From positions 1,426,154 to 1,490,153 of the forward strand of contig RHPI01000810.1 of assembly GCA_009103225.1 (NCBI GenBank): 64,000 nucleotides of DNA. The letters run 5' to 3'. Below the pieces are notes generated by a model. That model made no database searches, was not told where the DNA came from, and saw only the letters and a program-made list of their open reading frames with translations. Numbering within the stretch: position 1 is the stretch's first letter; each line of letters begins with the position of its first letter. The position numbers and the translations under genes are program-made. Shown here in pieces: positions 54,038 through 64,000 of the stretch. Origin of the DNA: Chlorokybus atmophyticus (Eukaryota; Plantae; Mesostigma and Chlorokybus algae).

Positions 54038-55208
54038 CTAGTAGGCTCCACGATAGATGCGTCTGCTGGCCTCCTCCTCTGATATGAAGTGTCCATCCTC
54101 ACTCACAAAACGGCCGTCTCTCACGTAGAAGTCCTTCTTGAATGCATCAACCTGTATACATATATATATATATATATATATATANNNNNNNNNNNNNNNN
54201 NNNNNNNNNNNNNNNNNNNNNNNNNNNNNNNNNNNNNNNNNNNNNNNNNNNNNNNNNNNNNNNNNNNNNNNNNNNNNNNNNNNNNNNNNNNNNNNNNNNN
54301 NNNNNNNNNNNNNNNNNNNNNNNNNNNNNNNNNNNNNNNNNNNNNNNNNNNNNNNNNNNNNNNNNNNNNNNNNNNNNNNNNNNNNNNNNNNNNNNNNNNN
54401 NNNNNNNNNNNNNNNNNNNNNNNNNNNNNNNNNNNNNNNNNNNNNNNNNNNNNNNNNNNNNNNNNNNNNNNNNNNNNNNNNNNNNNNNNNNNNNNNNNNN
54501 NNNNNNNNNNNNNNNNNNNNNNNNNNNNNNNNNNNNNNNNNNNNNNNNNNNNNNNNNNNNNNNNNNNNNNNNNNNNNNNNNNNNNNNNNNNNNNNNNNNN
54601 NNNNNNNNNNNNNNNNNNNNNNNNNNNNNNNNNNNNNNNNNNNNNNNNNNNNNNNNNNNNNNNNNNNNNNNNNNNNNNNNNNNNNNNNNNNNNNNNNNNN
54701 NNNNNNNNNNNNNNNNNNNNNNNNNNNNNNNNNNNNNNNNNNNNNNNNNNNNNNNNNNNNNNNNNNNNNNNNNNNNNNNNNNNNNNNNNNNNNNNNNNNN
54801 NNNNNNNNNNNNNNNNNNNNNNNATATATATATATATATACGCGTTTTACCTTACAATCAATGCAACCTGAAGCACGTAATCTTGTCGTGAATGCACAGG
54901 CATGTACAATATGCATGTGCCCGTGCATCAAGCAGCGCTCTCGTGCAATGCTAACCTGTCGGAAAACTGAGGTGCTGTCAGAGAGGTTGTGGTCCGGCTG
55001 GTCGGTCTGCACAAGCAAGACGCTCATGATCAAGGCTTGCTAGACGGCAGCATGGCATTTGTCCCACTGATGGTCGTCCAGACACGACACACACCTGGAT
55101 GCGGAAGGTGGTGTTGTCGGGTGACATGTACTGGTGGGTGGCGGGGTGGTGAGGGCGCCCCTGACTGTCGACGTAGTAAGTGAATGCTCCACGCAGCGAG
55201 TCCGCCAT
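54038..55208 (-). CDS. Small orphan protein (~92 aa); exons 55208-55095, 55006-54956, 54151-54038; further exons could lie in the gap
   Basis: GCCATGG start context, clean CAG|GT and CAG| junctions, all phase 0. Protein: MADSLRGAFTYYVDSQGRPHHP...VDAFKKDFYVRDGRFVSEDGHFISEEEASRRIYRGAY*. Confidence 0.62.
54185..54823. other. Assembly gap (639 N) flanked by (TA)n on both sides
   Basis: N run bordered by TA repeats, likely a collapsed long TA microsatellite. Confidence 0.98.
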
Positions 55209-55515
55209 GGCTTACGGCCTGGGCCTGAGGAGAAGGCGATCTGAAAGTAGAACTGCTCTTCTGCTGCTGTTGCTCAGAGGTAAACCAAGCGCAAACTCTA
55301 CAGCTTGTTGCTGGGTGGCAGGGAGCATGCTGGACCCATTTTTATACCTATCCTGTCAGCTGACTGAGTCACTCAGCCAGTAGAAGAACGCTGACAGCCT
55401 CTGGTCTCTGTAAGGCGTTGCAGTCAAAGGCAAAGCGAGTTTTCTTCTGAACGGATGAGTGGTGCCGGCCATGCGTGCTTGCAATGTCACACTAACAATG
55501 TTACACTAACAATCA

Positions 55516-55573
55516 GGCGGCGCAGCTGACTTGACTCACAATGGAATTGTTTGATCAAGTCAGCTGCGCCGCC
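55516..55573. repeat. 19-bp perfect inverted repeat with a further imperfect inner stem
   Basis: GGCGGCGCAGCTGACTTGA (55516-55534) / TCAAGTCAGCTGCGCCGCC (55555-55573); inner ACAAT-GGA-ATTGT. Confidence 0.92.
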
Positions 55574-56704
55574 CTTCTACTGTCTGCCTGAGCCATGGAG
55601 GTTTGACTCGGCTCTATACTGACTTGTCAGGTCTGGGTCCAGTGCAGCTGAGCGTGCTGCGCAGCACAGGAGACGACCGCTAGCGAGCAGTTGTCCAACA
55701 CATGATCGTCAAGCTGAATCGCTCAACCTGAGAGCCCCTCAGGTCGAGAGCGTTACATCGCGTACTGACAGAGCTGCAGAGGTTACAAGTTGTAACTTAC
55801 AACCTATGTCATTGCCATGATGCATCAAGTGCTGACTTATGGTAAAACGGCAACATTTGCACCTCGTTCTTCACTTGGAAGAATACTACATTAGAGCTAC
55901 ACCGGAAGAGCTTTTCATCAAGTTCATTGCAACATGTGCATCGCCCACTGCACAGAATCAACCTTATTGGTTTGAATGATATTGAGATGAAGCGTTGAAG
56001 CGTACGAAGTCTACGAGAGGCCCTCGCATACCTCGTAAGGGTATGATTAATACAACATGCTACATTGCATTAACATGATTAAGTTAATACAATACTTTGA
56101 GGGGGGGGGGGGGGGGGGGGGNGACGTTAAAGCCTTGTAAAGGGATAAAGATGGGGTGGTTCACTATTTGTGGGTATCAAGAAAATTGCAATACGGGGCA
56201 CCAGATTCCCAACTACAACTTGATGATAGCCCCCCTGAGGACTCTTCACACCGGGCGTGATCGCCACACATAGATTGCCTATCAAGCAAAGCAGAGTTTA
56301 AGTTCGGGGAACGCATGTTGCATCAGCATGCATTCTGCACTCAAACCAACTTTAAAGCATCACATTGCCATATTTGTCTGCAGCTCACCGCTGCAAGACT
56401 TCACATTTAAAGTCTTAAAGACTTTACGAGAAAACACTTTGTAGCCGAAATGTATACAATGTTCTCCGGAGTGGCTACCGCAGCCGCACATACATTACAT
56501 GTTCAAGCATTCATCTATGTTTCAACACTTATTATGCAAGAAGTTCGTGCAACGCATCTTAGTCATAATATCTTTATTAATGCACCCCTCAATTGGGACG
56601 CAATGTATGCCATTTACTGAATTGACATGCGACGTTTTATAGTATTAAGCGCGCGCCAGAATGCGGCATATATACCGCCCGCACATGACACTGCACAGTC
56701 TCAG

Positions 56705-58371
56705 TGTAACATTGGCGCCTTAACCACAAGGCTACGACAGCAAAAGTTGCTCCCATAGGAGGAGCCACATGCCATTTAAGCATTTCCCATACCATGGTAT
56801 GACACTCGGAAAGAATGGGCTTAACCAGGCTGGTGGCCGCTAATATTCAACATAGTTTTCATATTGGACAATAACTGCAATTGGGTTAATACACTATTTT
56901 TAAGTATAAAGGCAACACACATATAGCAAAGTTCATGCAATGGCCCATACGGCTTGTATAACATTCGGACTATCATAAGGAAATACCAATATGAGTACAA
57001 TATTTTATTATAATACCATCTCAATAACACGTTAAGTTGTGAAGCTTATTATAATATATTGAATGATATTAAATAAAATCACAAATCCTATACCTATGCA
57101 GTTGCATAACAGTGCACAGTGTTGTGGCATTGCACTGAGCGATGAATGCATGTGAACTCGCGGGTTCAACACGTTGTGCAAATGTGCGTGAACAGTGCGA
57201 CTATTATGATTTTAATTACGTCAAGTATGTGAGGTTCAACATGTTTGTCTGTGCATAAGAATTGTGACAATGACAATTTGCCTTGCGGAAATTAACGACG
57301 GATGCCAAGCAATGAAATAGCAAGCAACAAAGTGTTAAAACAAATAGGTTGCTTATGGTTATAATTTCTTGCTAATGTTAATAGCAAGGAAGGCGTATCT
57401 TAAGCCAATCATACGTGAATGTAGTACATGCATATGGTGCATGGCTGCACCATGCCCAACAACAGTGGGTGGCAAGCACCCTTGGCGCTTGCCACCCACT
57501 GACTCAATGCATACTTACAACATAACTTGCAATAGAGCTGCTAGAAAGCGTGCTCAAGCGGAGGGGCCAGATGTTGCACACCAATGCACGCATGCATGGC
57601 ACAAGTCACAAACAAACAACAAGCAGTAATAGATTAGGCGGGGGCCAAGGCAGAGCTTGAACATATCAACCTACACCACCTAAACCTAGACACTAAGACC
57701 CTCCAGCAGCACATCATGAAGCAACCACCTGCGAAGAGCAGGGAGCAACATGTATTCGTTGTTCCTTCACGCAATGTGTTATGTGACATATGCATATTGC
57801 ACTTAGCATTGCATGAAAGTACCAATAATCAAACTTTTGCAAGTCCATTGACCAACTCGACGGACATTTATTACAGCACCGCTGTGACAGCTGAATAGTA
57901 TTGATTATTGTGATAATCAACATTATTGGTAGCCATAAACATACAATGTACATATGCATAGCATGTGTCATGTCACATACTATGCATACGGTATGTAAAC
58001 CTCAGGTTTGTGTTAGCTATATAAAGAGCAATACTATTGTGTACTACATTAGTCGCTAGTAGCGATCAATGATTCATACTGTACTTACTTGTTAAGCATG
58101 TTGAGCGTGCATCTGAAAAATAACACGAATAATAAAAGTAGTTTTAACAGGGCAACAACACGAGGACTAGTACTAGGACTAGCACTTACTGTAGGAAGTG
58201 AGTGCGGCACTCTCCATGTAATCGACATCAGCAGCTGGGGCGGCTTGAATGCCGTCTGCAAAGCAAGCACGAGAACCACTTTGTAACATTGCCTCAACCA
58301 TAGCAAAAGTCGATGCCATAGGGGGAGCCACATGCCTCATATATGTCCCATACCATACATGTTATACACTC
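56705..58371 (+). repeat. Pair of diverged ~95-bp direct repeats at 56705-56807 and 58282-58371
   Basis: Shared TGTAACATTG..GCCT.AACCA..GCAAAAGT..CCATAGGRGGAGCCACATGCC..TCCCATACCAT..ACACTC. Confidence 0.75.
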
Positions 58372-58973
58372 ATACGTACTCCGCTTGCTTGACACTTCAC
58401 TGTCAATTGCTGGTTGCATAACCAACAACAATACCGTGTGCAGGTTACCATATTGTTTTGCTGGCAGCGGTGACGGCAGTGCGAGAGAGAGAGCGGATGA
58501 CGCTGTGGGGAGGGAGAGCACGCATGCATAGCACTGAACACACCTCCGTCCACCACACCCGCTACCACGCCAACCCTCTCCTCTCTTCCGCTGCAAGTGA
58601 AGCTCGCTGCTTCTCCTCTGCTTGCCCTACCCACGCACTTGCACTTGCATGCACGTAGAATAGAGTTGAGTAGAGTGCCTGCTGCCTAGAACTTCTAGGC
58701 ACTCTATAGTGGTGGTGGTGTGTGAATAGATTGTCGTGCTGTGGGTGTTTTGTTGGTTTGTGCGCTTGGCATGAAGTGTTTCACTATGGATATCTATACC
58801 CTCAACTACCCCATACGCACTGCGTATGGGACAGTGGCATGCAATACGCACATGGTATGACCATTTACTTTGCGTGTGTATGCGACTTGTTGTTTATCAG
58901 TTGCTAAGTGAGCAAGTGTCAAGTAACAAGAACGCCAGCCGCTGGAGCCATGTAGAACAGCTATGTGTAATAG

Positions 58974-59020
58974 CTTGAACTGACGGCTTGAAGCTTCTGC
59001 CTTCAAGCCGCCAGTTCAAG
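58974..59020. repeat. 20-bp inverted repeat (1 mismatch), 7-nt loop
   Basis: CTTGAACTGACGGCTTGAAG / CTTCTGC / CTTCAAGCCGCCAGTTCAAG. Confidence 0.88.
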
Positions 59021-59547
59021 TCACCAAGCTGTACAAGTCTTACAAGATGCAATAGGGATGTCATGCAACAAATCCACACACACGGCATGTGCTATTTACA
59101 GTGTATTGCTAATAATGATGTTACGAAGATGTGCTGGGTACGGGGAGAGGTGAGGAAATGCAAGGGGCATAGATCAGGACTTCCTCTTATCGTCATCGTG
59201 CATGCTATGAACTCATTGGCTACTACGTATACATTAGTCAAACCATTAGTAATGTAGAAACAGTGTAGACACGTTATAACAAACAAAAACACCACTAGGG
59301 CATTTGAAAGATATGCATTCTTCAACAGTTTGTCCCCTATAATGTGCATATCTACTACTATACGCGTACGGTATGCATGTCACAAATGCAGCATACCCTA
59401 CTAGGAATGCATGTTACAAAATTGGCCAAACTGCTGTGAATACTACTTGACCTCGGGAGCACCATTATCAAAATCTTCGCCATGTGCGGGGTGTTGACAA
59501 CCACCCCGTAAGTTTTATTTCGTATTCCTTTATCTTCGTCCTTTCCT

Positions 59548-62918
<3,371 letters not shown>

Positions 62919-63839
62919 GCTGTCACTCAGCATTGCGACATGCAGCGACAAAGCTAACCTTTGCTGCTTTTGGCAGCCTAAGCTGAACAAAAGGCTTGCT
63001 TGGACACGACACGCGAGGCTATCCTTCTTTTCTGCTGCTAAGTAGGCTGAAAAAGCTTGGACTTGACAGCGGTCTCGCGCGGGGGGGCAACTTCACTTCA
63101 ACTTCTGACTTGCCTCTCAGCCTGCAATGGAAGGTATGGAAGGTATGCATGGTGCGGCCTTGTGGCGCGTGCGCTGAATCTACCATATGTCAGCATCGAG
63201 TACGGTACACGGGAGCCGCGTGAGGGCAACCCCTCCTACCAGCCTACATGCGTCCTACGTGCCTGCTACGTGCCTACATGCGTAGCACCTCTGGAGAGGC
63301 TGCGACATCCATGTCAATGAGACAAACCAACATTGCTACAGTCTACCTCGTTCGATGTTGTGACGACGTAACTATGGAAACCAGCGGTGATGCTCACCGC
63401 TGCCAACGTTAGACCCGTGGACTGTGATTGGCTCGTACGTCAACGTCAACGCTGGCACCGTTGGATCTATCTTAAGTAAATCGTGGCCATAAAAACAGAC
63501 ACCCGTACCCAACTGCTCCAACATGGGCACAGCCATGTGCATTTAACGCCACATGGACAAACTGAGGTGACCTACTGATAACATGACTTCACATTGTGAA
63601 GTCATGTTATCAGTAGGGCTGGAAATCAACCAGATTTTCGTTTCGTCTCACGAACAAATAACCATTATTGATAATAATTTTAATATTTGTGAAAAAATAA
63701 TGCTTTTTATGACGAATAAAAAAGCCTCATTCATAGCCAATCTTGGTACGAACGAACAAATAATGAACACAACCATGAACAAAGTTGCATCAAAGGTCGC
63801 ATGTATAGCCACAAAATAGCAATATTCTTGAAGTATATG

Positions 63840-63980
63840 TAACTCATATATGTATGTATATATATACACACATTCACATATATATACGTGTATATATATA
63901 TAAACATACATATATATATGTATATATGAATACGTATACATGGATATGTACATATACATATATATATGTATTATATATCG
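63840..63980. repeat. Degenerate (TA)-rich microsatellite
   Basis: Interrupted TATA/TACA/TATG run at the window end. Confidence 0.85.
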
Positions 63981-64000
63981 TATGTGCCCCAATTACCCAC

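Noticed and set aside
54038-55043. ORFs of 249-331 aa in the track
   Set aside because: Artefacts of reading through the 639-N gap and TA repeats; the real exons are modelled separately.
56138-56260. RDKDGVVHYLWVSRKLQYG as a possible chromovirus chromodomain fragment
   Set aside because: Lacks the YLVKW/TWEP core and is bounded by stops; too weak to call.
63382-63402. CAGCGGTGA-TGC-TCACCGCTG hairpin as a Helitron 3' end
   Set aside because: No CTRR terminus at the expected distance on either strand; a 9-bp stem is unremarkable.

Overview
Eukaryotic nuclear DNA with short, GT/GC-dinucleotide-rich introns. The gene content (plant-type TOP6A, L-arabinokinase and a CesA/CslD-like synthase together with delta-tubulin and an Sfi1-repeat protein) suggests, by inference, a streptophyte alga or early-diverging plant with a flagellated stage. 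Twelve protein-coding genes were reconstructed by hand from splice signals. In order: TOP6A/SPO11-3 (-), an intronless C2-domain gene (+), TUBD1 (-), a Cys-rich gene (+), a ~16 kb Sfi1-repeat gene (+), ARA1 (-), RPS18 (+), CesA/CslD-like (-), RRP7A (+), a two-RRM hnRNP A/B-Musashi-like gene (-), a ~92-aa orphan (-), and a secreted Pollen Ole e 1 + beta-propeller gene (-). Many genes sit in tight head-to-head pairs. Intergenic DNA holds a dispersed non-autonomous repeat family, decayed TE-like sequence, several 19-26 bp near-perfect hairpins or palindromes, large microsatellites and two N gaps. No rRNA, tRNA or CRISPR array was seen. The most striking observation is the last gene: a signal peptide and Ole e 1 domain fused to six YWTD-like repeats, each encoded by one symmetric phase-1 exon.
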